Shown: positions 11,993-24,779 of the stretch, piece after piece
Numbering within the stretch: the stretch's first letter is position 1
Layout of the letters: each line of letters begins with the position of its first letter
Program-made: the position numbers and the translations under genes
Assembly (NCBI GenBank): GCA_051530055.1
Contig: CM121341.1
Location: 17,834,784-17,898,783, forward strand
Length of the DNA: 64,000 bases
DNA from: Neoechinorhynchus agilis
Lineage: Eukaryota > Animalia > Acanthocephala
Direction: 5' to 3'
Notes under the pieces: generated by a model
Databases searched by the model: none
What the model was told of the DNA's origin: nothing
The model's input: only the letters and a program-made list of their open reading frames with translations

Positions 11993-13796
11993 TAATGATT
12001 TCTAATCTAATTTTTGAAGGTCAGTCAAGAAAGATAACAAATATCCGTGATTTGTAATGAAGGTTGACGTATTTTCCTTCTTATCCGGTTGTGTTGTGCA
12101 TTCAGCATTCATTATATGATTGTTTTTGCACGTGTAAAAGTGGATATTTTAGCTAGTTTAAAAGATCTGTGGTTTTTAGCATTACGGTATAAATTTTTTA
12201 TTGATTTTCACTCGCATATGCACATTTTGTCAACATTTCTTACTTAAACAACAAATAATTTTCCGCACGAAAACAATATAAAACGTTATCCATACTCACA
12301 TCTCGTTTTCCTAGTGTATATGCATCTTTTAAATCTTGTTGTGACAATAACGTCAAAATTAAGTCAAATCACAATCCCTCTCTTCAGATTTCCACCACGA
12401 CAGATATTATATAGATTGAATTTATTTCAATACTTTTATCTTTTTTTTTGAACTAAATGGAATATTTATTAAGCTCTATAACATTTTTATAGGTTAACGT
12501 TGATTTATGGGTTATATGCGTGACTTCTTTGGTTTTCACAAAAACAACGACTTTTAATGGAGTAACCAAAATCCCTTAATTACATTAAAAAATTAATGTC
12601 GTTAATTGGTTCTTCTTAGAATTTGCTTCTAAGTCATTGAACGTTCAAATCAAAAATCCAAAGTGTTGGTTGCTAAGTCTTACAGAACGGAGAGCTTTTA
12701 TGAAAGCAAAGGTTCAATCTATTCGAACCATTATTTGATATTTATTATTAGAGATTATTTCGGCGTTGAAAGTAAATAATTTATGCGTGAAAATGCGAAT
12801 ATTATCTATGCTCGTATCGCAGTCAAATAGCCGATACACGGATTGCAAAAAAATATCCGATGGACAGAAATATTACATTTTCTTCGTTCGAAATTTTCTA
12901 AATCATGTACAAATCTCAACTCTCGATATCCAACTCTCTCTAGTCGACCGACATCCACTGGATCCATCATCCACTCCAAATTCAGATGATCACGAGGACT
13001 CAGAGATGCATGGCTTCTTTTCTTTATCAAAATAAAACGTTTTATTATTATTTTAGGATAATTACGATGACTCGTTCACGATTTATAAGCGGGTAACATT
13101 TATCGGTAATCTACGAAGATCACTTCATCATCATAAATCGCACATCTGAAGCTCAAAACGATCTCAGCCATGCAATGACCACAATTGCATTAGTATTTTA
13201 ATTTGTAACATCGGCACAAATGTAAAAAAGTGACTTTTGTTTTTCATCGAAGCTTTAAGAGTCAATGGCACGCATGACCGAATTTTAAAGTATTTTATGA
13301 ACAATTTAAAATCGCAGTTCAAGGTTATCGAGAACATATCTGAAATATCGTATTTCGGATAATCGAAATTACAACAACCTCAATTATGGACATGTTCATG
13401 ATAATTTCTTTGATCACGTGAAATCAGCTTTCCATTTTGACCAACAAACTAGCTAACCAGTATTTGTGCGACTTTTTCTTCATTTAAGATCTAAATTCGT
13501 TACTTTCGAAACTTTTGATTATCTTATGATGAACCAGTATACTGGGTTTCAAGTGAAAATGAAATACCATTATAGTCTAAGTTAAAATATAAATGCTTAA
13601 TGTTTAATATCATATAAAGGAGTCGTAAACATAAATTCTTCAGCGATTTCGCAATTGATTAAGCCTTAGAAACGCAATTTGAATCGAATGAAATACATTA
13701 GAAGAAAGCTCTCGCAATGGTGTATGCATTTAGAAATTACATGACCTACTTTTAGACGAACAAAAGTCGTTTGCTTAAACCTGACGCGAAATCGAA

Positions 13797-16700
13797 ATGA
13801 ATTATATAATTGTGCTTTTACTGATTTCGTCTATTCGTCCGATCGACGACGAACTCTTTTCAAAAATGGACGCAGTAGATATAATTCTATTAAAAATAAA
13901 CAGTATCAACGCTCAGAATTGTGGTCAAATGGACATACAAACTCTTAATGCGGGAAGCGTTACTGATCTACCGTCTATATTGACCGATGAATTCATTTCC
14001 ACTTCGGCAAATCGCACAGATCTTCTGCATGCGAGAAACACCGCTGTTCAGAATGCCTTGTTCTTCAGTTACATTTTGCAGCTGTTTGATGACTACGATG
14101 AGTTTTATCTAACGCACATATACAGTCTAATATCATCTAACCTTGTATCCTCGCAAATTAATGCTTCTTTTATTGTATTCGATAACGACTCATACTACGC
14201 TCATTGGTATAGGGGGTCGTTCAATACAACTGTTCACAGATTTGGACCTGTTGCTTGGCGTCAGGATGATTTTTACGAACCTTTCAACTTGAAAGGCATA
14301 TGGACCAATGACACAATATCAGGCAGTGAATAAAAAAATATCTTTTAAGTTCAGTAATTTTCGATTTTAGTTGTTGACACCGCAATATTTGGTAATAAAA
14401 TGAGTCAATATCAGTGGTACAATCAATGGCTTCCTGATTTCTCAGAAGAAGAAGGTAAAAGTTCGACGGCAAACTAATGAAAAACCCTTTCTTAATAGTA
14501 AAAAACGTATACAAGATTATTGACGCGAACAAATCACGTCAAAGACAATTTCATGGCATGCCGTTACCAAGAGAAAATAAAAACGGTGAAACTCCGGCCG
14601 AGTGGACGCTGCCTTATTTCGATTGTGGAATCTCGAACAAATGGGTGGTCAGTGTATCGTCTCCAATTGTCGATTTGGTACCGAGGCACGTTGAATATCG
14701 CCACATGCAGAAATTTAGGTAAGTGTTATTGAATTTTTAATCAATAAGTACTTAGCATTTCATTGAAGATTTAACCCTGAAAGCACGTTTATAAGCTGTT
14801 ATCGAAATCGAATCATTAAGTACTGCGTTGATTTTCATGATAATTTAATTCTATAACTGAAACAATCAAATTCACATCTGTAAATTCTATTTCTGCTCCC
14901 CATGCATATATCAATTTCCATGCAATTTCGGAGAAATAACCCTTTGCATTTGATTTTCCACATTTATCCATTTGGAATACTAGGGTATCAGCGCATGCGT
15001 GTATAATCATTTTTCCGATTCGAATATCTAACAGAATGAGCATCTTCTTGCAAAAGCTAATAATTTTCCACGTAGCCGATTCTCATTCAACAACAGTAAC
15101 CAAAAATGATTTGAAGTGTGATTTATGTCTTCAGCCGGTAAAGAATTTTTACTAAAGACGTTTCGAACATCGTCGGGTTCATCATCAGTTTTTTAAAGTC
15201 TTAAGCTTGCAAACGCTCCGCGCAAAGTGACAATATATTTATAATCTCTTTGGCGATATCTCATATAAAATATTAGTTTTACACTGTAAAACGACCGCGA
15301 TAATTGCATTTTTTTCTCAAAACGTCTGCCGTCATAAAACATAATTATAGATCATAAATCTTGATTCGCTTAACGATAACTGCATGTAGCCTCACTTTCA
15401 CCAAATTTCATCTATCTCATTTCACTGACCGTCTTAAAGGTATGTTGGAGTAGCCGTCACCTCCGTGGACTTTTTATCGATCGATATTAATCAATGCGAA
15501 GATTCTGTGTCTCGGCCAAATAACATCTTCGCAGGTACACATAAATGCAAACCAACTACCAGAGTAAGCGCCGCCGAATTTTAATCTATATTCGGTTGTG
15601 AGCAGTGCGAACCAATCGCTGGATTTGGATTTCGGAGGGGCGGATATCAATGCATGTGCGCTCCTGGATACAGGTACCCGCCATACCAGACAACTGGTCC
15701 TTTCCAGGGTGCGGTCATCGAGCGAGCTTCCTATTCGGAGTATCAGAATAATTTTGATTGCATTCAAGTGCATTGTTTGTTTCGTTTACTTGCGATAAAC
15801 TCACATAAACGCTTTTCTTTTTAGATTTTAATCGAATTCCGTTGGAACCATTAAAACGAACTGATACATGTGCGTATTCAGATAGCAAAAGTCTAAATAC
15901 GTACTATTAAGAATGTGCAACAGCGAGAAAGTTTGAACAAAATAGTCATGTCTCGTGATAATGTCGATAACGACGATAAAATTGCTAATATATTTGAAGA
16001 TTTTGACTTTAGTTCTAATTTCCCAATAGAAGAAAGGTAATTTCTCTTCATGAACGATCTTCGAGCGCCAATGCAAACTTCGTTCAGTTTGACTAAATCA
16101 GTGGCACACTATCTTTTATTGGTTGACAAACTATTCATCAATGCCGATTATGCACTTCGAAAGCGAGAAAAACCACTAATCGATACTTATGAACACTTGT
16201 CTGGTCTCTGCATGAGTGCAGTATTATCCAACAGTAAGGCAAGTAATCGAAAAGTGTTTTTATGATTAACCTTTACTTCAAATTCATTTGTGCACATTTT
16301 TTAATTATGACTGTAGCGTTACCACACGCTTAGTCACAGATATCCAAGATCTTCAAAGTCGTAAGATGGCACTAGTATTTTAAAATTAAATCTTTAAATG
16401 GTTTAATATAAAATGCACCTTTAAGTGTAATATCATTAGTCCATATATTTGAAGCTGGTAATCACATTAAGATCGACTTGTTGAGTTATCCGGCACCTTT
16501 CGATAACCATGGCTGACGTTTCCGTTATTAGGTTTTTGGATTCGGAATCTATTTGGAAACAAACAACGGCACAATGACCATTCCTTTCGCTCACCGCCAG
16601 CTGAACACCAATTCGTTTGATAGGGTAGTTTTACTGAACATGTTGAATCGATCTAACCACATCAATGAAATGTCCGATTTTATAAAGGTTGTTGTTTCAT

Positions 16701-17477
16701 TCTTTTCATTTCAGTATATTTATCAAATACACTTTAGAAAACAAAGAAACGACGATTGGAGGAAAATAAAAAGAGGGTGTTCTTAAAATGGTCAATGGCG
16801 ACTATAGCCGGGCGAAATGAAACTCCATTGCAAATTCAATACGTTCCGGAGTACCCAATAAAAATCGATATACCCGAAGCGTAAGCCGAAATTGTTGAAC
16901 CAAAAATTTTTATTTAAAGATCTTAGGAAAAACAATTGGCATTCACGCCCTCGCCGTTTTTGTGAAGATAAATCATGTATTTGGGTCGTTACTTACAGCA
17001 TTCCAATCTTTCTAGAAAGAATAAAAAGGAGGTTTTTTGATTTTGTCTTATTATTTAAGTCTTTATCGGTGAAAAGGGGTTTTTTATGGCTTGATGCAAA
17101 AATGAATCGAATGGACATTAATCAATGCGAAACTAAAGGGTACAGTTTCAATCCTTTCGCTCATACTAATCACTGCGACCGAGAATCGTCAAAGGTCAGT
17201 AGCTCTTTACAGTAAATATGATTTAAATCGGTTAAAGTGCGTTCCATTACGAGGGCACGGGCTGAAGTTCGGTGCGTATAAATGTCAATGCAGACCTGGA
17301 TACGAGTACCCCTTTTACGATCAAAACGATTTTTTCACCGGATGGCAAATTGAAATGGAGCTCTTTGACTCTAACTTTAGGTATTTACTTAAACCTGGTC
17401 TGTTTTTACTATCTGCTTTTAGTTATGGTCAATATGACACTCTAAAATGTCGAGTTGCTGGATTATCAACATATTAA
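13797..17477 (+). CDS. Secreted protein with two tandem GPR158/179-like extracellular modules (Cache-like plus EGF-like), no 7TM; roughly 13-14 exons
   Basis: Signal peptide. Module 1: WYNQWLPD, WTLPYFDCGISNKW, IDINQC (exon 15440-15563), CEPIAGFGFRRGGYQCMCAPGY (from 15603). Module 2: TKSVAHYL, VFGFGIY, WVVTYSIP, MDINQC, CVPLRGHGLKFGAYKCQCRPGY. Last exon 17423-17477 ends LKCRVAGLSTY*. Linker exon boundaries uncertain. Confidence 0.82.
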
Positions 17478-17749
17478 TGACTGAGCGTATTTAAACTAAA
17501 ACTAAAGCGCAAAGTAACTGGATTATCATCACATCAGTGAATAAACGTATTTAAAGGCCTTTATCAACGAAAAATTACTTGCACCCTAGGGATGCGATGA
17601 TGAAATAATAAATTTAATTCAATTTTCGAGAAATATTTCTTCAGATTTTCAACTGAACGCTCGTTCCCCTTACAGCTCGTCACTCATCGGAACACGAATT
17701 TTCAATTCGCTCCCGGACTTATCTCTTTTGGATAATCAATCCTTTAAGA

Positions 17750-18660
17750 TTGAAAACTTACATCGCGTGCTCCCTTAATTTATCACCAATGACGACCAAA
17801 GCAACCTCAATTTCCGTCATTTTCGCCCTCGATTTGCTGAAATCCAAAATTCCCTTGTCCACCATAATCTACTCCAATACTCGTATCCTCCTTCCTAAAC
17901 TAGATGAAATTTCACTCATTTCATCTACCTCAAAGGTCGACTGTCATCTTAACAGAAACGTGGTTAACCCCATTCAACCGCAATTCAGTCATCCTTCATG
18001 GGTACGCTTCCTTCCATACACACCTCGAGGACCGTCCAGGAGAGGATGCATCAATCTTCGTACGTCAATCATTACTCTACTCTTCTTCTCTCATAGGTTC
18101 ACTGCAAAAACCTGATTTAGAATTCATCGCAGTCCATTTCTCCACAAAATAATTGTTGCCCACAAAAACTTTCTCTCCTCCAAGATTCGTTCAGGTAGCA
18201 ATTTAACATGATGGTGGGCCGTCCAGGACTTTCTTGGTCAACGCAACCCTGATCCCTTCCCAAATTTGTAATTTTCTGAACTTAAAAATGTTCTAGAATC
18301 CATAAATCAGAATTTCTACCCTGACTCAAATTATAACCAGTCCCATTTCAGACTCGATACAAACTATCACTCCCACAACCGAAATTTCTGTCAACTCACT
18401 AATGTTCTTCCTAGTTTCGTCATACGAAGTACTAAGGTATCTCATGAAATTACCTAAAAATTCGTCCTCTCAATATGAAATCCCAAACTGGGCTCTTCGC
18501 TGCATCATCCTCGAACTTCTCGACCCTCTTACCCTCATTATAAATCACAGCTTTTTTTGTGGCGTGTTCCCTTTATGCATGAAAACTGCTAAAGTTATCA
18601 TTCTTAACGGACTTCCCCCACCGAATATTCCTATCCGACCGAACCCGTAATCCACCCCAA
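17750..18660 (+). mobile_element. Degenerate non-LTR retrotransposon, APE endonuclease and RT N-terminal fragments
   Basis: VILTETWL...GYASFH (APE) and LLDPLTLIINHSFFCGVFPLCMKTAKVI (RT). Same C/T skew as the L2-like copies. Confidence 0.7.
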
Positions 18661-19699
18661 AATCAACAATTGTATTCCATGACCAAATCTGAACTCAAGT
18701 GTTTATAAGGATTCAACGATACATGGGGCCTATTCTTTGTTAATTAACACATAAACGTGTTATTATAGTATCTGAAGATTATTTAATTTAGGGACTGCTA
18801 AGTAAGGAAGATTTAAAAGCTTTTCAAACAAACGAGTCGGCAATTTCAGTGAATCTACTATATTAAGTAGAAACCTTGCATGTATGAACGCACGGCGAAG
18901 ACGATATAACATGTGACTACTGAGAAGAAGAGAGAAAATGCAATCCTTTTAATCCTTAAAATTTTGGACAAATATGGCGAAAGCATGAGAGAAGACTCGG
19001 CAAAGGTCGCCGAAACAACCCAAGTATGGACCTCATGTTTGATCTTCATATTTTAAACAAGGCCCTCATATTATTAGAAGATAGCAGCCATCAACAAGAA
19101 ACCGCTGCCAAAATTAGGTGTACAATCCCTACTACGAAATGACCATCACGATCTCACAGTGAGCTTCTAAGAGAAGTATCATGTAGAGCAGTGATTTTTA
19201 GCCTTGGGGAAACGGCCCAATTGTTATCTTTTGGCTTTTCTGTTGGGTAATTCAAATTTCTATATTAAAAACGGTGTACAACAGCTTTTTACGGTATTTT
19301 CTGTACACCGTAAATCTCACTACACAATCACAAGCGTTATAAAACATCACAATGTTACTATAAGAAGCACTCGCATCCGCGTGAAAGTGTCGAGCAGAGT
19401 TCTCGACTTCTGCACAGAACACGTTCGCCGGTTTCATTGATTAGTTGGAATTGTTTAAAAGAATAGCATTTCCAAATCCACTCTTCTCGGAAGGACCAGG
19501 CTGTTCTCAAAACATTGAAAGTGGAGATCTGTCTGCACTTGAACAGGGTCCAAAAACAGTTGCAAAACTATTTCTCTGACTTTCCACCCGAGAAACACGT
19601 TTGAGTGGTGAAGCCTTTTTCCATTGCTGATTATGCGAATCTTGACTAAGAGTTTACAATGAAGGCAGAACTTCCCAACCTAAAAAAAGGCATCGCCCA

Positions 19700-19800
19700 C
19701 TGAAAATTCCACTTCTACATAAGAAAATTATGCGCATTTTGCTGCCATTCGTAACAGCCTACAAATTCGAGACGGTTTTTTCGCAATGGCAACCATCAGA
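19700..19800 (+). mobile_element. hAT (Charlie/Buster-like) transposase C-terminal fragment
   Basis: MRILLPFVTAYKFETVFS resembles the hAT dimerisation motif ILLPFxTTYLCExxFS. Confidence 0.5.
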
Positions 19801-20201
19801 TCAAAATTACGGAACCGTATTGTACTGGAAGCAAGTATTCGATGTGTCGTGTCAACGATTTAAATTCGGATATAAGAAATTGTGCAAAGGAAGCAAGCTC
19901 AGCAGTCACCTTAATCAGGCGATGATCGTAGCTACAAACTAATATACCAATGGACTCTAGTTGCCTGATGATGGAAAAAAGGTGCTCTACTGCTTCATTT
20001 ATCGTTTTTTGTAATGTTTGCCTAAATCATACCATTAAATTAATTGTACTAAGAACAGGAGTTTTCTAAGGTGGGATCGTCATCGGATACCAATTTTGGG
20101 TCGTGACCACAAAAAGGTTGAAAACGGCTAATGTAGAGGAACTACGACAGTATGTACACGACATGAAACCTCTTCTCAATTACGATCAACAAAAAAGTTT
20201 A

Positions 20202-20397
20202 CTCTCAATGGCGAATTGTAACACTCGAGTTTTATTGAAGTCAACCTTGCGAATTTTCAAGGCCTCAGCCTCCTTCTCAAGCATCGCTTGTAGGTTTTAA
20301 AACGCCTTGAAAATACGAAGGTTAATTTCAATAAAACTCGAGTGTATTACAATTCGCCATTGAGAATACACATCCACTCGGAGGAACAATTGAATAG
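20202..20397. mobile_element. Family M1 hairpin inserted in the Helitron relic
   Basis: Inverted arms, flanked by the direct repeat aaaaaagttta (20191-20201, 20399-20409). Confidence 0.8.
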
Positions 20398-20941
20398 GAA
20401 AAAAGTTTATGATTATATTACAAAAGCCAAGGCACAAGTTTCACAAACGTGCAAGGTTGTTGTGTGGCCTTCGGAGTACTTATAAACTTACGAAGGAGCC
20501 TCGGTGCTCTTAGCTGGTGACCCGAGACAAACGCTTCCAGTCATAAACTAGTCAACAATTGCTGGCGAAATTAATTCTTTCCTGAAGGCCTCAGCGCTTT
20601 GGAGACATGTTCAAACACTTCCGCTATATACAAATTAGCTTTGAAATGAAATTCCTGACGTATAGTTTTACATTTGCTCAATTCTTTTTCCCTGCGTATA
20701 GAACACTGAACAACGGTAATAACCGCAATTTAGCTCTCCCAACTTACTCATACTTTCTTCTAATAATCGAGTTCTTGAAAAGATCAGTTTCTGGGTAGAA
20801 TTTAGTACATTTGCTTTAAGCCTAGTTTACTATTCCTAAATAAAAATCGTCACATAAAACTACTTTAAAGAAATGACAAGATTATTAAGCGATCCCTTAT
20901 TAAGAACGGTAACAAAATCACGAAATGTTTATTTCGGATAT

Positions 20942-21725
20942 TTATTCATCGAAGTTCGTATTCATTTCATCGTTTGAGGATTTATCCCTTGAGCAGCATA
21001 AAATATCATTTTGATTGTTAAATATCGGACACTGGTCAACAACTCTATTAGGATTCCATCTTCCAACAGAAGCATCTATTTTGTCGTCCTCATCGACTAA
21101 AAATGCATCAAAAGGCGGAAATTCTTCATTTAGGCTAAGCTTCATCAATTCATTCGAACTTCGGCATTCTTTGTACCTCGTAAGCCGTTCTTCATTAATA
21201 CGAAAAAACTCTACTCCCCATCCGAATTCATTTAACACTTTTTGGGACTGAGAAATGAAACCTGTATTAATATCATTTTCCGAAAATTAAACTATTTGTG
21301 TTTTTACCATTACCTGTTAGAAAGAGACCTGCTGCGAAGGCTTCAGCACATGATAGTTTCGAAGGTTTTCCATAATTCGTTGGATTTGCAGCAACAAGAT
21401 ATGGCAGTTTTCGCAAATGAAGTTGTCCGAGTGTTCGTAACCTTTGATCACCTTCCATGGCCTTCCAACTAGAGTCAAGAGTAGCCAAACCACTGGAATT
21501 AACAAACTGTCGGTCTTCACGACAAAGGTAAACCTCAGTGTCATGGTAAAGCATAATGCCACGAAACCCATTCGAATTTTTCATTTTTCGTACGACGCCT
21601 CGTCTACAAAGTCGCTCAGCCGTGCACTTTGAAGGATCGCATTGGTTGAAGCAAATAACGCGTAGAGAAACTTCATTCTGGGTTTTCGTCGATCCATTAC
21701 GATCCTTGTGTTTCCAGTAAAGCAT
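20942..21725 (-). CDS. TSR3: 18S rRNA aminocarboxypropyltransferase; exons 21725-21314 and 21261-20942
   Basis: CFNQCDPSKCTAERL, LDSSW, LRKLPYLVAANPTNYGKPSKLSCAEAFAAGL, EFGWGVEFFRINEERL. The 52-nt GT-AG intron 21262-21313 restores the frame. Confidence 0.95.
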
Positions 21726-21894
21726 ATCTACTCATGAGAGAAGAAAATCGATTAGGAAGGCAAAGCGATTAAATCACGAGCCAGATTTGACTTTGCATCG
21801 CTCAGTCGGTTCATTACAACTACGATATTGTTTGTCCAATCTATCCTTGTGATTTTCCTTCCAAAGAGAGAGGCAAAGAATTTCAAAATCACAC

Positions 21895-22175
21895 TTTCGG
21901 TGAAAATAATCCCGGTCATGACCTATTTGATTTATTTAAGATATTTCGCGAGGTAACCTAGCCTCATCTGGTACTTTCGGTCTTCCAACCATGAAGCTGA
22001 TTGTCGAGATCGAGTCAATTTCATCGAAAATCAGGTGGAATTGAGGTATATCATGGAGAGAAAATCCTTCGGGGTGATAAAGTTTGAATTTTGGTGATAA
22101 TAATTTAGGATAAAAAATATTCTATTGGTGTGAAATATCTTTTATTCGGGATTATCATCACCACAATTCAAAGAT
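21895..22175. repeat. Degenerate palindromic element (family M4)
   Basis: Internal inverted repeats. ggtgaaaataatcccgg...tatttgatttatt..agatatttcgcgaggtaac is shared with 55190-55265 on the opposite strand. Confidence 0.6.
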
Positions 22176-22904
22176 TAAGATATATTTGATTTGTTGAGAT
22201 TAAGAATGTTAATCCTCTCGCTGCATTGGACATGACTGCAAGTTCACGAGAAAAACTTTGATATGGTTTTTCTTACGTGCCAGACAGTTTAATCTGCAAT
22301 TCCATTATCCTACGTAAAGCAAATTATTAATCGACATGATTTTAAATTAAATGTTCTGATATGGAATTTAAGAAGGATAATACATCACGGGTGGCATACT
22401 CACATTAAAATCGAGCAATAAATCTCATATATTTGATGGTTTCTATTGTATGCAATACGAAGAGGATACTAGAGGACAAACGTTTTGTTTGATTGATTGC
22501 AATTATTTCAATCTGCTTTTATGTATTAAATTAGTACTAACACGATTTTTTTATTTGCATCGATCCATGATATGTTTTAATTCCATTTATTTAACATCGC
22601 ACAAGATTGTAAAGGAGCCTCTACCTATCAATAATCTTATAAATCCCATAAACCTGTTCATTTCAACTGCTGCAAGAAACGTTACTGTAAAAAAGGTTCG
22701 ATTACTGAAATTTGCTCGCTATTTCGTTAAGAAAGTGACGGTTGGTACTAGATTTTGGGCCGCGTGAAGTTCGCGATCTCTTGTCAAAGTCAATTGCCGC
22801 GTGAACTTTTTACGCTATAATTTTTTAATTATCGATCAACGGGCGGCTTCCCTACATTTGCACAATGTATGGAAAAACCGCGGAACTTATTATGTTTTAT
22901 TTTT

Positions 22905-23035
22905 TAAACTCTGGCCAGCCGGTAACTTTTTTTCTGTGTCGGTGTGCCCTTTTTCCCGGCGGATGATTTTCCTTGGGCACACAGCCCACCGATCTTGTCC
23001 AGGGAAGCGCATGGAACCATACGGTTATGAGTTTG
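22905..23035 (+). repeat. Dispersed copy of family M2
   Basis: ggccagccggtaactttt...ccttgggcacacagccc...tccagggaagcgcat matches 3565-3670. Confidence 0.75.
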
Positions 23036-23199
23036 TACGCATCCCTCCGGATCCTCAGATACCTCCAGGATTCTGGATTTTTTTCCAGATTGAAAGTAGA
23101 AGTAGCGATCACTTTGAACCAAATAAGTTAGGTAATTCAATTTTAGGGAATTTCTAGACGAAATCGATGATTAGTACAGTCCAAAGAACTATTGATAAT

Positions 23200-23321
23200 A
23201 TTAATTATGATGGTGAACTGAAGGAAAAAATTATGAATATATTAATCAGAATTTTCGACCAATGCGTTGGTCTTATTCATTGATTCATAATTTTTTCCTT
23301 CAGTTCACCATCATAATTAAT
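23200..23321. repeat. Perfect 39-bp inverted repeat with 44-nt spacer
   Basis: 23200-23238 is the exact reverse complement of 23283-23321. Confidence 0.95.
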
Positions 23322-23813
23322 TCCTAAATGAATATCTACACAAAATTGATAATAGTTTACACCCTTCAACGTGGAGATATCAATATTGCGGCTACATTTC
23401 AAACGCTAATGATAAGTGTAATAAATCAAGGAGAAAAATGAACTAATCATCGATCGGAGATAAAAATCCGTAAATTGACGTCATATGTGTAATTTCCTTT
23501 TTCGGCAATAAAATTGATAATGGTTTACACCTTTCAGCGAAGAGATATCAATATTTCGGCTACTTTGTAGAAGATCTCTAAGGGATTATTAAACGCAGTT
23601 GAGCGTCATTAATTTCCGTTTCGAATTGCGCTTCCATTAGTTATTCAAGTCTATTGATTTATTTAATGCGACCCTGATCGATAAATTAATTTATGATAAG
23701 ATCCCATTTAAGCATAAAGTGTATAATTAGTGCAGCCAATCAGCGTTAAGAGATTCTCTTGCACCAAATATAGATCGAGTGTTTCCAATTTTCTCTGTTA
23801 CTCACTAACAAAC

Positions 23814-24779
23814 ATGAGATACGCTTCGAACGAAATGATGAACAGATATATCAGACCCGAGATGAACCCTAACGTTAATCAACAGCATGGAAACTATCAA
23901 CCAAGGAACATATCAAACGGAAATAACCTCGACGCGGCACCAATACAACGAATGCATTCGGGAGCACATGTCAGACTTGCTCAAATAAATCCTGGTCAAA
24001 TGTATCCTGTGGTAACCCCAAGGCCCTTTCGACGAGATGTTAACGAATATAGGGTACGCTACCAACCACCAATCCGTATGAACCCTAGATACCCAAATGC
24101 AACAAGAGCAAGCTACAATTGCCGTGAACCCAATGCTCAGCCTTATCTACAAACTTCAAGCCAACAATTCGATATGCCACCTGCACGTGTTCCACAAGAT
24201 ACTCCCGAGGAAGTTGAATATCTTCCTGAAGCTCAGTCATATTATCTGCCAGATAACGCGATGGGAATACCACAAGAGAGTTTTGACTTTCCGCCATTTG
24301 ATGTAGAACCCGATATATTTCCAGTCAATCGTCAATCTTCACCTGTAAATAGAAACGAAAGCCACAATCAAGTGGAAAAGAGAAGAAGAGATAAAATACG
24401 GGAAGGAGTCACTAGAATACAGGAATGTTTGCCTGAAACAAATGCGAAGGAATCAACAAGTGAAATCTTAACTAGAGCTTGCAATCGATTGCGGTTTTTA
24501 AACATCACGTTAACAATGCAAAAGTATTTACGAGGGAAACCGTTAAGTGTCTTTGAACAAAAAAATTTAAACGAATGCTCAAATCTAGAATATGAAAATT
24601 CGCTCAAGATGAATTTTGAGTTGTTTAATGAGATTCAACCCTCAATTTTCTATTACAGTTACCAAGATATGATGGATCGTCGGTACAGAAAAAGACGATC
24701 TCAAGAAGATGTCAACCTCCAGCAAGACGATGACCAGCAGTTCAGATACTCTCCAAACAAATTTCAAAGACGGCATTAA
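23814..24779 (+). CDS. USF-like class B bHLH transcription factor, apparently intronless
   Basis: RNESHNQVEKRRRDKIREGVTRIQECLP...SEILTRACNRLR has the H-E-R pattern, and the N-terminus is P/Q-rich. First ATG at 23814. Confidence 0.85.
   Translation: MRYASNEMMNRYIRPEMNPNVNQQHGNYQPRNISNGNNLDAAPIQRMHSGAHVRLAQINPGQMYPVVTPRPFRRDVNEYRVRYQPPIRMNPRYPNATRASYNCREPNAQPYLQTSSQQFDMPPARVPQDTPEEVEYLPEAQSYYLPDNAMGIPQESFDFPPFDVEPDIFPVNRQSSPVNRNESHNQVEKRRRDKIREGVTRIQECLPETNAKESTSEILTRACNRLRFLNITLTMQKYLRGKPLSVFEQKNLNECSNLEYENSLKMNFELFNEIQPSIFYYSYQDMMDRRYRKRRSQEDVNLQQDDDQQFRYSPNKFQRRH

Larger units (their letters stand above)
18950..20660 (+). mobile_element. Degenerate Helitron (Pif1 helicase region) with nested insertions
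   Basis: CNPFNP..DKYGESMRED, ILNKALILLED, VEELRQYVHDMKPLLNYDQQK, ASVLLAGDPRQTLPVI and EINSFLKASALWRHVQTL resemble Helitron RepHel motifs. Many stops. Confidence 0.7.

Noticed and set aside
15474-15773. Nested antisense gene in the GPR158-like locus
   Set aside because: It is the antisense shadow of two plus-strand exons.
21920-21965. Spliced-leader-like AG|GTAAC motif shared with 55200
   Set aside because: No Sm site or match to an SL I recognise; better explained as an arm of a degenerate inverted-repeat element.
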